From an uncultured Gemmatimonadales bacterium (GTDB lineage: Bacteria; Gemmatimonadota; Gemmatimonadetes; Longimicrobiales; RSA9): DNA of 64,000 nt. The translations under genes and the position numbers were made by a program. How positions within the stretch are numbered: position 1 is the stretch's first letter; each line of letters begins with the position of its first letter. Below, one piece after another: positions 15,500 to 24,877 of this stretch. The DNA is taken from contig CAWCUS010000001.1 of NCBI GenBank assembly GCA_963798845.1, positions 384,001-448,000 of the forward strand, given 5' to 3'. The notes under the pieces were generated by a model. It was not told the origin of the DNA. It saw only the letters and a list, made by a program, of their open reading frames with translations, and made no database searches.

Positions 15500-17905
15500 A
15501 TGGTCTTCCTCAGGCTTTTCGCCGGCGCGTCGCTCGAGAGCGACGGCGAGGCGCTGAGCGGCCCGGCCGCCCAGCGGCACCGGCTCGCGCTGCTGGCCCT
15601 CCTGTGCGTGTCCCACCCGCGCTCCCTCAGCCGCGACAAGCTGATGGGCTACCTCTGGCCCGAGCGGGATGACCGGAGCGCCCGGAAGCTGCTGAACCAG
15701 TCACTTCACGTGTTGCGGAAGGCCCTCGGGGAGGATGCGATCGTTTCGGCGGGAGATGAGGTGGGCATCGCTTCGCCACCGCTGGAATGCGACGTCCTGG
15801 CGTTCCGGGAGGCGCTGGCATCCGGTGATCCATTACGCGCCGCCGAGCTGTACCCGGGCCCGCTGCTGGACGGCTTCTTCCTCGGCAACGCGCCCGACTT
15901 CGAGCACTGGCTCGACCGGGAGCGGGAGCGGCTCCGCAGGGAATGGCGAGGAGCACTCGCGGAGGTGGCGGAACGGAACCTCGCCGCCGGGGATGGGGTC
16001 GGCGCGGGGGAGTGCTGGCGCCAGCTGCTCGTGGACGACCCCTACGACGCGAAGGCCACGGTCGGCCTCATGGAGGCGCTGGACTCGGTCGGGGACCGGG
16101 CCGGTGCCATCCGCCAGGCCCGCCTGCACGAGATCCTCCTCCAGGAAGAGTTCGGGGCCGAGCCCGACCCCGCCGTCCGCGCCCTCGCCGCACGGATCCG
16201 CGCCGCGGAGAGCCTCGAGGCGCCGCGCTCGCCGGTGGCGGGGCCGCCTGTCGGAGATCCGGCCGGCGCCGCGGAGCCCGAGGGCGGCTCCACAGCCGGC
16301 GCTCCGCCGCCCGCCGGGGCTGGCGGCGCCGGATTCGACGTGACGCCTCCCTCGCCGGACTCACGGCTCCCCAGGCGACGACGGTGGCGGACGGTGGCGG
16401 GGGTCGCATCCGTAGTGATCGTGCTGGGGCTCCTGGCGTGGGCCGCCGGGCGCGCGCGCGCAAGCGACCCGGTCGAGATCCGGCGCATCGCCGTTCTCCC
16501 GCTCGCGAACCTCACGGGCGACCCGCAGCAGGACCACTTCGTGGCGGGAATGCACGACGCGCTGATCTCGGAGCTGGCCAAGGTCGGCTCCCTGGTCGTT
16601 CTCTCCCGGCAGTCCGTGCTTCGCTACCAGGGCAGCACCGAGCCGCTGCCGGCCATCGCGAAGGAGCTGAGCGCGGACGCCATCCTGGAAGGCGCGGTGT
16701 TCCAGGCCGGTGACACCGTCCGCATCACCGTGCAGCTGGTACGCGCGCACCCCGAGCGGCAGCTGATCTCCAGGACGTTCACCGGCCCCCTGGGCCGCGC
16801 GCTGGCGCTTCAGGGGACGGTGGCGCGCACCGTGGCCGAGGCGACCCGTGCACGGGTGACCTTCACCGAGCGAGCCCGGATGGCCAGCGCGCGAGCCGTC
16901 GATCCGGCTGCCCAGGAGGCGTACCTGTCAGGGCTGTACCACCTGGAGCGCGCCACGAACGGCCAGGACCTGACGTACGCCGAGCAGGGGGCTGAGGTCC
17001 GGCACGCCATCGCCGACCTGGAGGAGGCCGTGGCGCTGGATTCCACCTGGGCCACGGCCTACGCGAAGCTCGCCTACGCCGACCACTGGATGGCGAGCGG
17101 CGAGTGGGAAGACCCCGACGGCTTCTTCCGGAAGTCGAAGACCGCCGCGCTGCGCGCCATCGCCCTGGACGACACTGAATCACAGGCGTTCGCTTCCCTC
17201 GGGTTCGTGCTGCTCTATCACGAGCTCGACTGGGAAGGCGCGGAGCGGGCGATCCGACGGGCGAACGAGCTCGACCCGAACTCGCACCACTGGATCTACG
17301 CCATCTTCCTGAAGGCCATCGGCCGACACGATGAAGCGCTGGCGGAATTCCACAAGGCGCAGGAGCGGAACCCGGCGTCCGACGCCCTCAAGGCGCAGGT
17401 CGCGTGGGAATACGGGTGTGCCGGCCGCCATGACGACGCCATCGCCGAAGCCAGGGAGCTGCACGCCCGCGTAGCGGCGCCCGCGCGCGTGGACAGGTAC
17501 GTGCTCGGGGACACGACCTGGCTGCTGAGCATGATCGCCATCCAGTACACGCTCGCGGGCACGTACGACCGCGCCATCGACGCCGCGCAACGGCTCGTCA
17601 CCCTCACCGACACGACGCTCGGAGGTCCCGAGCTGGCGTTCGCCCTCGGCATGGCCGGGCGGCGCGACGAAGCACGCTCGATCATAGCGGGCCTCGACGA
17701 GGACTGGGAGCGCGGCTTCGACCGCCTGCAGCCCGAGGTCTTCCTCGCCCTGGGCGACACCGGGCGCGCCGTCGCACGGGCGGCCGCGCGCATCCGGCAG
17801 CACCCCGGAAGCATGGTGCTCCTCCGGTGCGCCCCGGTTTACCAGCTGCTGCGAGGCAGTCCGCAAATCGAGGAGCGGCTGAAGCCGATCGGCTACCCCG
17901 ACTGA
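15500..17905 (+). CDS. BTAD/SARP transcriptional regulator with TM segment and TolB-N-like/TPR domain
   Basis: SRDKLMGYLWPE, LYPGPLLDGF, FEHWLDRERERL, EEFGAEPDP; TM VAGVASVVIVLGLLAW; IAVLPLANLTGD; TPRs. Confidence 0.85.
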   Translation: MVFLRLFAGASLESDGEALSGPAAQRHRLALLALLCVSHPRSLSRDKLMGYLWPERDDRSARKLLNQSLHVLRKALGEDAIVSAGDEVGIASPPLECDVLAFREALASGDPLRAAELYPGPLLDGFFLGNAPDFEHWLDRERERLRREWRGALAEVAERNLAAGDGVGAGECWRQLLVDDPYDAKATVGLMEALDSVGDRAGAIRQARLHEILLQEEFGAEPDPAVRALAARIRAAESLEAPRSPVAGPPVGDPAGAAEPEGGSTAGAPPPAGAGGAGFDVTPPSPDSRLPRRRRWRTVAGVASVVIVLGLLAWAAGRARASDPVEIRRIAVLPLANLTGDPQQDHFVAGMHDALISELAKVGSLVVLSRQSVLRYQGSTEPLPAIAKELSADAILEGAVFQAGDTVRITVQLVRAHPERQLISRTFTGPLGRALALQGTVARTVAEATRARVTFTERARMASARAVDPAAQEAYLSGLYHLERATNGQDLTYAEQGAEVRHAIADLEEAVALDSTWATAYAKLAYADHWMASGEWEDPDGFFRKSKTAALRAIALDDTESQAFASLGFVLLYHELDWEGAERAIRRANELDPNSHHWIYAIFLKAIGRHDEALAEFHKAQERNPASDALKAQVAWEYGCAGRHDDAIAEARELHARVAAPARVDRYVLGDTTWLLSMIAIQYTLAGTYDRAIDAAQRLVTLTDTTLGGPELAFALGMAGRRDEARSIIAGLDEDWERGFDRLQPEVFLALGDTGRAVARAAARIRQHPGSMVLLRCAPVYQLLRGSPQIEERLKPIGYPD

Positions 17906-17917
17906 CCCCCGCGCCCC

Positions 17918-18634
17918 CTACCAGATCCCGGGCACCAGCCTCGCCGGCGTCCGGTCGGCATACGCGCCGTAGCCGGCCAGGCCGCCGCGGAGCATCCGGT
18001 CCTCCCTGGCCGTGCGCAGCACGATGGCGGCGGCCACGGCCAGCGCGGGGATGAGCGCCCATGCGGAGTCGAGGAGGATCGGCGTGGCGATGGTGGCGAG
18101 GAACGAGGCGGCGTAGGCCGGGTGGCGGACGAGGGCGTACGGGCCGGTGGCCACCACCCGCTGTCCGCGGTCGTCCTGGATGCGCGCCACGGCGGAGAAC
18201 CACCGGTTCACGGCCATGGCCCAGGCGGCGAACGCGAGGGCGGCGGCGATGACCACGGCGGAGGCGAGCTGGACGGCGAGGAGCCCGGGGGGCGACCAGG
18301 CGAAGCGGTGGTCCAGGCCGGCCGTCGCCAGGACGACGACGGGGCCGAGCACGACCGCGGCCACCAGCGCCCGGTCCCCGGGCTGCACCCGCTCCACGCT
18401 CGCGAACCGGGCGCGCTCCACGAGGGTGTCGGGGCTGCGCACCGCGATCACCGCGCGGCTGGCGACGGAGCCCGCGGTCATCAGGGCGACGTACAGCCAC
18501 GCCAACGGCCAGCGCACGGTGCCGGCCAGGAGGAACAGGAGGGCGGGCACGGCCACGAGGAACACGGCGAACCCGATCATGGACTTCGCCAGCTGTCCGC
18601 GCGCCGGCCGCATCGCCGTGGCGCTTCCTTCCAT
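17918..18634 (-). CDS. Isoprenylcysteine carboxyl methyltransferase family membrane protein
   Basis: NRWFSAVARIQDDRGQRVVATGPYALVRHPAY, RTAREDRML...GYGAY...RLVPGIW. Confidence 0.9.
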   Translation of the reverse strand: MEGSATAMRPARGQLAKSMIGFAVFLVAVPALLFLLAGTVRWPLAWLYVALMTAGSVASRAVIAVRSPDTLVERARFASVERVQPGDRALVAAVVLGPVVVLATAGLDHRFAWSPPGLLAVQLASAVVIAAALAFAAWAMAVNRWFSAVARIQDDRGQRVVATGPYALVRHPAYAASFLATIATPILLDSAWALIPALAVAAAIVLRTAREDRMLRGGLAGYGAYADRTPARLVPGIW

Positions 18635-18687
18635 GAGACCCTCCGTCGTGAATGTCGGGGGGCGCCCGCCGGTGGGTCCAATCTACA

Positions 18688-19486
18688 TCACGGATTCGTC
18701 GCGAACAGGAAGGCGGCGCCGGGCCCGGTATAGAGCCAGAGGTGCTCCTCGGGGATGCCCACCTGGCGGGCGAACGCCTCCACCGGGCGGCGCTCCACCG
18801 TGGGGGCGTCGAAGCCGGCGTCGCGGGCGAGGGCGAGGAGCGTGTCGTCGTCGTAGAAGCGGACGCGAGAGACGATGGGCTCGGGCGCGGCGGGCGTGTC
18901 CTTCCACGCGGGGTCGCTCCCCTCCACCATGAGCCGGCCGCCCGGGGCGAGCACGCGCCGCATCTCCGCGAGCGCTGCCACCGGGTCGGGGAGGAAGCCG
19001 TTAGAGCGGGTCGCGGTACGTGGCTCGGGCGTCGGACCCGGACGGGCGGCGCGCGCGCCGGTCGGTGATCCAGTCGCCCAGCCCGGCAGGGGACGACGCG
19101 GCCAGCAGCGGCGCCGCCACAGACTGCGCCAGCCACCCCAGCGGCTCCTCCCCCTCGCCCAGCACGCCCAGCCAGCCGTGCTGCTCGAGGACGATCCGGG
19201 CGACCCCGCCGTCGCCCGCTTCCGACCGGATCTCCACCTCCCCGGCGACGTCCGGGCTCCACGGGGCCGGGCGCCAGGCCAGCACCGCGCGACGTCCCGG
19301 CTCCCACGCGGTTACGGTCCCGACCTCCGCGTCGCCGGCGAGGATGCGGCCGCCGGGCCCGGGGGCATCGAAGCGGAGCCCGCGGGCATCGAGGGCGGCG
19401 GCGAGCTCCTGGAGGAACGCGCCGAACGCAGCGCCAGGGTCGAGGTGCAGCTCGGTGACGATGCGGACAATGGGTGGTGACGTCAT
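18688..19486 (-). pseudogene. SRPBCC-like + class I methyltransferase, internally deleted and frameshifted
   Basis: N-part ends YRDPL-TAA at 19001; another frame immediately reads GFLPDPVAALAEMRRVLAPGGRL (methyltransferase C-terminal motif); no GxGxG motif present. Confidence 0.7.
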
Positions 19487-21276
19487 GGCGAGTGTGTTGC
19501 GAGCCGTTCCATCAACCGACGTCCGCGCGGCGACTCGACCAGCTTTGGACCCATGAGCGCGGGGAGCACGGGCACGTAGATCGTGCTTGCCTCGGGACCG
19601 TCGGCGGTGGCTTCGAGGTACGACATCGCAGCGTCGTCTCCCAGAGACTTGCGGGCGGCGAGGAAGCGCAGAAAAACGTTCGAAAGGCCGCCGGTGTCCC
19701 GGGCCCCCTCGAGCCACCACGCGTCGGCGCCGTCCTCGGCCAGCGCCCGCAGGACGGCGCTTCGCCGCCCGGGGTCGCGCAGCGCCTGGGCCGCCTGCGT
19801 GGCCTTCGCCGAGTCCTGGCCCGCGATCCGCAACCCCGCCTCCAGGTGCTCCGCCGCCGAACTCCACCGATCGAGCACGACGTCGAACGCGAACGCCCAC
19901 GCGCGCACGAGAGGATTGGCTGGATGGAGCGCAACGGCGCGGTCCATCTCGGCGATGGCGTCGTCGTAGCGGGCCACCATCATGAGCGACTGCGCCGTTT
20001 CCGCCATGATGGCGGGCGCGACGGGGTCCAGCGACACGGCGATCTCCATCTGCTCGAGGGCCGCCTTTCCGTCGCGCGCCTCCATGAGCAGGTCGGCCAG
20101 CCAGTGATGGGCCGTGGCGTAGCCGGGATTCAGGGCGATCGCGCGGCGGAACGCACGCTCCGCCTCCTTCCGCTCCCCGCGCGCCCGGTAGGCGTCCCCT
20201 AGGGCCGTGTAGGCAGCCGCCTGGGTCGGGTCGAGCGCCAGCGCGCGGTTCGCGGCCGCCTCGGCGCTGTCGAGCGCCTCCTCCTGCGTGATCCCCGGCA
20301 CCGCATACTCCGATGGCGTATGGAGGACGTACGCCAGCGCCAACCCTGACCACGCCTCGGCATAGGCGGAGTCGGCCTGCACGGCCCGCCGGAACCACTG
20401 CGCCGCGGCCACGATGTCCGCCGTGGTCCGCAGCGTCCAGTGGTGCAGTCCCAGGAAATACGCGTCCTGCGCCGTCGGGTCCCGCGACCCGGCGTGGACG
20501 ATAGGGTCATCGCCCACGAGTCGGATCCGCAGCGCGTCGACGATCCGCCGCGCCACCTCGTCCTGGAGCGCGAACAGGTCGGACGCGCCGGCTTCCCGGT
20601 CGAAGCGCTCGGACCAGAGGGCCAGGCCCGAGCGGGCGTCGGTCAGGTCCGCCGTGACCCGGATCCGGTCCCCCAGCTGGGCGACGCTCCCTTCCAGCAC
20701 CGTGGCCACCCCCAGCCGGCCGGCGATCTCCCGCACGTCCAGCCCCGCCTGCCGGAACTGGAACGCCGACGTCCGCGCCACCACGCGCAGGCCCTCGACC
20801 CCGGCCAGGCTGTTGATGAGCGTCTCCGCGATGCCGTCGCCCAGGTATGCCCGGTCGCGCCCCGGGCTCAGGTCCGTGAACGGGAGAACCACGAGCGAGC
20901 GCGGGGCGGCCGCGTCGACCGCCGGGCCGAACGCCCCAGCCGCCTCGGCCCGCCCGGCCGCGACGTCGCCCCGCACGACCACGCCGGCGGCGCCCAGGCC
21001 CACCACACCGAGACCGGCCAGAAGCAGGAGCTCCATGGCCTCGACACGCTGAGCGCCTCGCTCCCCATGGAACCACGCCAGCACCACCGTGACCGGGAAA
21101 CCCGTGGCCAGCAGGACGAACGCGATCCTCCCCACCGTGTCCGGCCACCCCCATGTGCCGCCGAGCGTGGTCACCACCTCCAGCGTCAGCCACGCGCCAG
21201 CGGCGTAGCCGAGCGTCCACCGGCCCAGGTGGCGCCTGCGGATGCCGTCGGAGAGGTCCAGGATCCTGCGTGTCAC
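19483..21276 (-). CDS. Membrane-anchored TolB-N-like/TPR protein (adenylate cyclase-associated type)
   Basis: N-terminal TMs (GYAAGAWL...GFPVTVVLAW), SLVVLPFTDLS, VVARTSAFQF, LWSERFDR, LFALQDEVA, TPRs; start uncertain (GTG 21276 or ATG 21363). Confidence 0.8.
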   Translation of the reverse strand: MTRRILDLSDGIRRRHLGRWTLGYAAGAWLTLEVVTTLGGTWGWPDTVGRIAFVLLATGFPVTVVLAWFHGERGAQRVEAMELLLLAGLGVVGLGAAGVVVRGDVAAGRAEAAGAFGPAVDAAAPRSLVVLPFTDLSPGRDRAYLGDGIAETLINSLAGVEGLRVVARTSAFQFRQAGLDVREIAGRLGVATVLEGSVAQLGDRIRVTADLTDARSGLALWSERFDREAGASDLFALQDEVARRIVDALRIRLVGDDPIVHAGSRDPTAQDAYFLGLHHWTLRTTADIVAAAQWFRRAVQADSAYAEAWSGLALAYVLHTPSEYAVPGITQEEALDSAEAAANRALALDPTQAAAYTALGDAYRARGERKEAERAFRRAIALNPGYATAHHWLADLLMEARDGKAALEQMEIAVSLDPVAPAIMAETAQSLMMVARYDDAIAEMDRAVALHPANPLVRAWAFAFDVVLDRWSSAAEHLEAGLRIAGQDSAKATQAAQALRDPGRRSAVLRALAEDGADAWWLEGARDTGGLSNVFLRFLAARKSLGDDAAMSYLEATADGPEASTIYVPVLPALMGPKLVESPRGRRLMERLATHSP

Positions 21277-21499
21277 GATCGGCGGGGGTTCGGGGAGGCG
21301 AACGTCCCAAGATGAAACCGACTCGCCGCCCCCGCCATGGGGTCGTCCTGGAGCGCGTAGCATGGCAGCAGAAATGTCGTACTCCCATTGCAGCAGAAAT
21401 GTCGCACTCTGGAGTTCTGAGGCGGCTGGGGTCCGCCGTACGTGGTAACCGGTCCGGCGGTGCGGTGTGAGAGTGGGAGCGGGTTGACGCCGGGGGGTC

Positions 21500-21529
21500 T
21501 TGACGGAGTATAGCGATATGTCGCATAGT
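21500..21529 (+). promoter_or_regulatory. padR promoter with a palindromic operator in the spacer
   Basis: TTGACG-N18-CATAGT; imperfect palindrome GCGATATGTCGC at 21513-21524. Confidence 0.55.
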
Positions 21530-21592
21530 TCTGGTATCGACGCGAGGGATGCGCCGAGGGGAACGACGTCCGCACAGAAACCGGAGGCAGCG

Positions 21593-22159
21593 ATGGGACC
21601 GAGAGGCAACGATTACGGCTGGAGCGCGTGGGCCAACATGTGCGGCCCGGGGTTCCACTTCGGGCGGGGGGGGCACCGGCGCCGGCGGGTGTTCCGGCGC
21701 GGGGACCTGAAGTACATGGTGCTGGGGCTTCTGGAAGAGCAGCCGATGCACGGGTACGAGGTGATGCAGCGTCTGGAGGAGGAGTCGGGCGGGTACTATT
21801 CGGCGAGTCCCGGCTCGGTCTATCCGGTGCTCCAGATGCTGGAGGACCAGGGGTACGTGCGGGGGGAAGAGCGGGAGGGGAAGAAGGTGTACGAGATCAC
21901 GGAGGACGGGAAGGCGTTCCTGCACGAGCACCGGGACCGTGTGGAGGACGTGTCGGACCGGGTGGAGGACTTCGCGTCGATGTTCGGCGGGCGCGGGATG
22001 GGGGACCTGACGCGTACATTCGTGCGCCTGGCGCAGGCCAGCTTCGAGCGGGCGATGGACGCGGCCGGTGATCCGGAGAAGGTGGCGGGGCTGAGGGAAG
22101 TACTGGAACGGGCGACGCGGGAGGTGGAGTCGTCCCGGGAACGTTCGAAGCAGGGCTGA
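21593..22159 (+). CDS. PadR family transcriptional regulator
   Basis: RBS GGAGG; RRGDLKYMVLGLL...PMHGYEVM...SPGSVYPVLQMLED...KKVYEITEDG. Confidence 0.92.
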   Translation: MGPRGNDYGWSAWANMCGPGFHFGRGGHRRRRVFRRGDLKYMVLGLLEEQPMHGYEVMQRLEEESGGYYSASPGSVYPVLQMLEDQGYVRGEEREGKKVYEITEDGKAFLHEHRDRVEDVSDRVEDFASMFGGRGMGDLTRTFVRLAQASFERAMDAAGDPEKVAGLREVLERATREVESSRERSKQG

Positions 22160-22187
22160 GGACCGAAACGCAGGAGAGGAGGCAAGC

Positions 22188-22538
22188 GTGCCCGAGTGGT
22201 TGATCATCGGCCTCGTGATCTGGTTCGTCTTCAACGTCCGCGGGCGGCGTCGCCGCTGGCGGCGGATGGTGCAGAGCCAGAATGGCGACGACTGGCTGTA
22301 CGTGGGCGGCCCGTGGGGCGGGGGCCGCTGGGGCGGAGGCTGGCGCCGCGGGTCGCTCCCGGGTGAGCGAATGGAGAGGGAGCTGCCAACGGCCGCGCGA
22401 TCCGGTCGGGTGGCGGCGCCCCGCCCGCCGGAGACGGCCGAGGAGCGACTGCGGCGCGAGTTCGTGGAAGGGAAGCTGACCATGGAGGAATACGAGTCCC
22501 GGCTCTGGCAGGAGCTGAGGCCGAGGGGCGGCGCGTAG
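22188..22538 (+). CDS. Small membrane protein with a SHOCT-like C-terminus
   Basis: RBS GGAGG; N-terminal TM; ERLRREFVEGKLTMEEYE. Confidence 0.7.
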   Translation: MPEWLIIGLVIWFVFNVRGRRRRWRRMVQSQNGDDWLYVGGPWGGGRWGGGWRRGSLPGERMERELPTAARSGRVAAPRPPETAEERLRREFVEGKLTMEEYESRLWQELRPRGGA

Positions 22539-22544
22539 GCGGGG

Positions 22545-22770
22545 AGGGCTCGGCCTTGCGGCCTCGCAGAGGGGCGCGCCGCAGGCGCGCAGAGGGGCTC
22601 GCTTCGCTCGCAGAGGGGCGCCGCGGAGCGGCGCAGAGGGGCTCGCTTCGCTCGCAGAGGGGCGCCGCGGAGCGGCGCAGAGGGGCTCGCTTCGCTCGCA
22701 GAGGGGCTCGCTTCGCTCGCAGAGGGGCGCCGCGGAGCGGCGCAGAGGGGCTCGGCCTCGCGGCCTCGCA
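22545..22770 (+). repeat. Hairpin-module array C (10 modules)
   Basis: Linker (TC)GCAGAGGGG(CTC) alternates with hairpins GGCC-TTGC-GGCC, CGCGCC-GCA-GGCGCG, GC-TTC-GC, CGCCGC-GGA-GCGGCG. Confidence 0.9.
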
Positions 22771-22839
22771 ACGGCTCCGCCCCTGATGGGCGTCGCAATC
22801 GCGCTCGGCTCTGCCTCGCGTCGCACTGCTGCGCAGCGC

Positions 22840-22999
22840 CTGCGAGACGAAGTCGAGCCCCTCTGCGAGACGAAGTCGAGCCCCTCTGCGAGACGAAGTC
22901 GAGCCCCTCTGCGAGACGAAGTCGAGCCCCTCTGCGAGACGAAGTCGAGCCCCTCTGCGAGACGAAGTCGAGCCCCTCTGCGAGACGAAGTCGAGCCCC
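22840..22999 (-). repeat. Perfect 23-bp tandem array D (7 copies), inverted relative to array C
   Basis: TGCGAGACGAAGTCGAGCCCCTC starting at 22841, 22864, 22887, 22910, 22933, 22956, 22979 (last copy partial); reverse strand reads GCAGAGGGGCTC-GAC-TTC-GTC-TC. Confidence 0.95.
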
Positions 23000-23052
23000 G
23001 ATCTTGCACAAGCCCCCGCCCGGATGTGGAACAACCGAGCGGGGGCCGAGTC

Positions 23053-24723
23053 ATGGGACTGTCGATGAATCCGAAGCACATGACGCGCTACGCGCGGCTG
23101 GCGGGGCTGCTGGCGCGTCATGGCGGGTCGGACCTGGTGCGGCGGGCGGGCCTGGAATCGGCGTTGGAGGGTGACGCGGCGTCCCCGGAGGTGTCGGACG
23201 CGCACGCGCGGGATGGGAAGGCGGAGTCGCTGGCGGCAGACCTGGAGTCCATGGGCCCGGCGTACGTGAAGCTGGGGCAGCTGCTGTCCACGCGCGCCGA
23301 CCTCCTCCCGCCGCCGTACCTGCACGCGCTTTCCCGGCTCCAGGACCGGGTGGAACCCTTCCCGTACGAGGACGTGGAGCGGATCGTCGGGGAAGAGCTG
23401 GGGGTGCGGCTGTCGAAGGCGTTCGCGTCGTTCGAGCGGGCCCCGATGGCGGCGGCGTCGCTGGCGCAGGTGCACCGGGCGGAGCTGCGCGGCGGCGAAG
23501 CTGTGGCGGTGAAGGTGCAGCGGCCGGGGATCCGTGAGAACGTGCGCGAGGAGCTGGCGGTGCTGGAGGAGGTGGCCGGGTTCATGGACGATCACTCGGA
23601 CCGGGCGCACCGCTACCGCGTGGCCGCGGTCCTGGACCAGTTCCGCCGCTCGCTGCTCCTGGAGCTGGACTTCCGCAACGAGGCCCTGAACCTGGCGACG
23701 CTGGGCGAGAATCTCAGGGGCTTCGACCGGCTCGTCGTCCCCCGCCCCATTCCGGACTACACCACGCGCCGCGTGCTGACGATGGAGCTGGTGCGCGGGC
23801 ACAACGTAACGGCGCTGAGTCCGGTGGCGCTGCTGGAAGTGGACCGGCGCGCGCTGGCCGACGAGCTCTTCCGCGCCTACCTGAAGCAGATCCTGGTGGA
23901 CGGGTTCTTCCACGCCGACCCGCACCCCGGCAACGTCCTGCTCACCGACGACCACCGTCTCGCGCTCCTGGATCTGGGGCAGACGGCCACGCTCTCGCCC
24001 GGGTCGCGGGAAGCGCTGCTGAAGCTGCTGCTGTCGGTGGCCGATGGTGATGCCGACCAGGCATCGGACGTGCTGCTGGACCTGAGCGAGCCCGAGAAGG
24101 ACGCGGACCGCAGGGGCTTCCGCGCGGCCGTGGCCGAGCTGGTGGCGAGGGCGGAGGGGCGGAAGGCGGGCGACATCGCGCTGGGCGTGGTCGTGCTCCA
24201 ACTGGTCAGGATCGCGGGGACCCACCACGTCAGCCCGCCGCCCGAGCTGAGCATGCTGGGCAAGACGCTCTTCGACCTGGACCAGGTCGCCAAGACGCTG
24301 GACCCGGACCTGGAGCCGAACGCGGCCATCCGGCGCCACGCGGCCGAGATCATGGAGCGGCGGATGCTGTCGTCGCTGAGCCCGTCGTCGCTCTTCAAGC
24401 GGGCGCTGGAAGCGAACGAGCTGGTGCAGCACCTGCCCCGGCGCCTGAACCGGATCATGGAGCTGATGGCGGAGAACCGGCTGAGCGTGGGCGTGGACGC
24501 CATCGACGAGGTCCGCTTCATCGCGGGGCTCGAGAAGATCGCCAACCGCATCACGCTGGGCGTCATCATCGCCGCGCTCATCCTGGGCGCCGCCATGCTC
24601 GTGCGCGTGGACGCCGGGCCCCGGGTGCTGGGCTACCCGGCGCCCGCGTTCATTCTGTTCCTCGCCGCCGCCGTCGCGGGGGCCGCGCTGGCCATCAAGA
24701 TCGTGCTGACGGACCGGGGGTAG
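23053..24723 (+). CDS. ABC1/UbiB (AarF) family atypical kinase
   Basis: GPAYVKLGQLLSTR, AAASLAQVHRA, VAVKVQRPG, ELDFRNEA, FFHADPHPGN, C-terminal TMs. Confidence 0.93.
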   Translation: MGLSMNPKHMTRYARLAGLLARHGGSDLVRRAGLESALEGDAASPEVSDAHARDGKAESLAADLESMGPAYVKLGQLLSTRADLLPPPYLHALSRLQDRVEPFPYEDVERIVGEELGVRLSKAFASFERAPMAAASLAQVHRAELRGGEAVAVKVQRPGIRENVREELAVLEEVAGFMDDHSDRAHRYRVAAVLDQFRRSLLLELDFRNEALNLATLGENLRGFDRLVVPRPIPDYTTRRVLTMELVRGHNVTALSPVALLEVDRRALADELFRAYLKQILVDGFFHADPHPGNVLLTDDHRLALLDLGQTATLSPGSREALLKLLLSVADGDADQASDVLLDLSEPEKDADRRGFRAAVAELVARAEGRKAGDIALGVVVLQLVRIAGTHHVSPPPELSMLGKTLFDLDQVAKTLDPDLEPNAAIRRHAAEIMERRMLSSLSPSSLFKRALEANELVQHLPRRLNRIMELMAENRLSVGVDAIDEVRFIAGLEKIANRITLGVIIAALILGAAMLVRVDAGPRVLGYPAPAFILFLAAAVAGAALAIKIVLTDRG

Positions 24724-24877
24724 GCGACGCCGGCGGATCCTCCCGAACGCGTCAGGTCTACCTCGACCCGACCGACAGCGCGCTTCCTGGAGGCAGTGGC
24801 CGAGCGGATCGGGGCGGTCCGGCCCAGCGAGTATGGCCGCCGCCCCGGCGGGCGGCGACAATGTCGTCCTGCCGCAC

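Noticed and set aside
22545..22999. CRISPR array interpretation of arrays C/D (also A, B and E)
   Set aside because: The constant part is only about 9-14 bp, the variable parts are 7-15 bp recurring palindromes rather than unique 25-45 bp spacers, and there are no cas genes or AT-rich leader.
20507..24861. Long ORFs 20507..23011(-), 21897..23081(-), 22231..24861(-) and the repeat-encoded N-terminal extension of the UbiB ORF from 22786
   Set aside because: These are translations of 23-bp repeats and antisense frames; UbiB-like sequence starts at about 23053.
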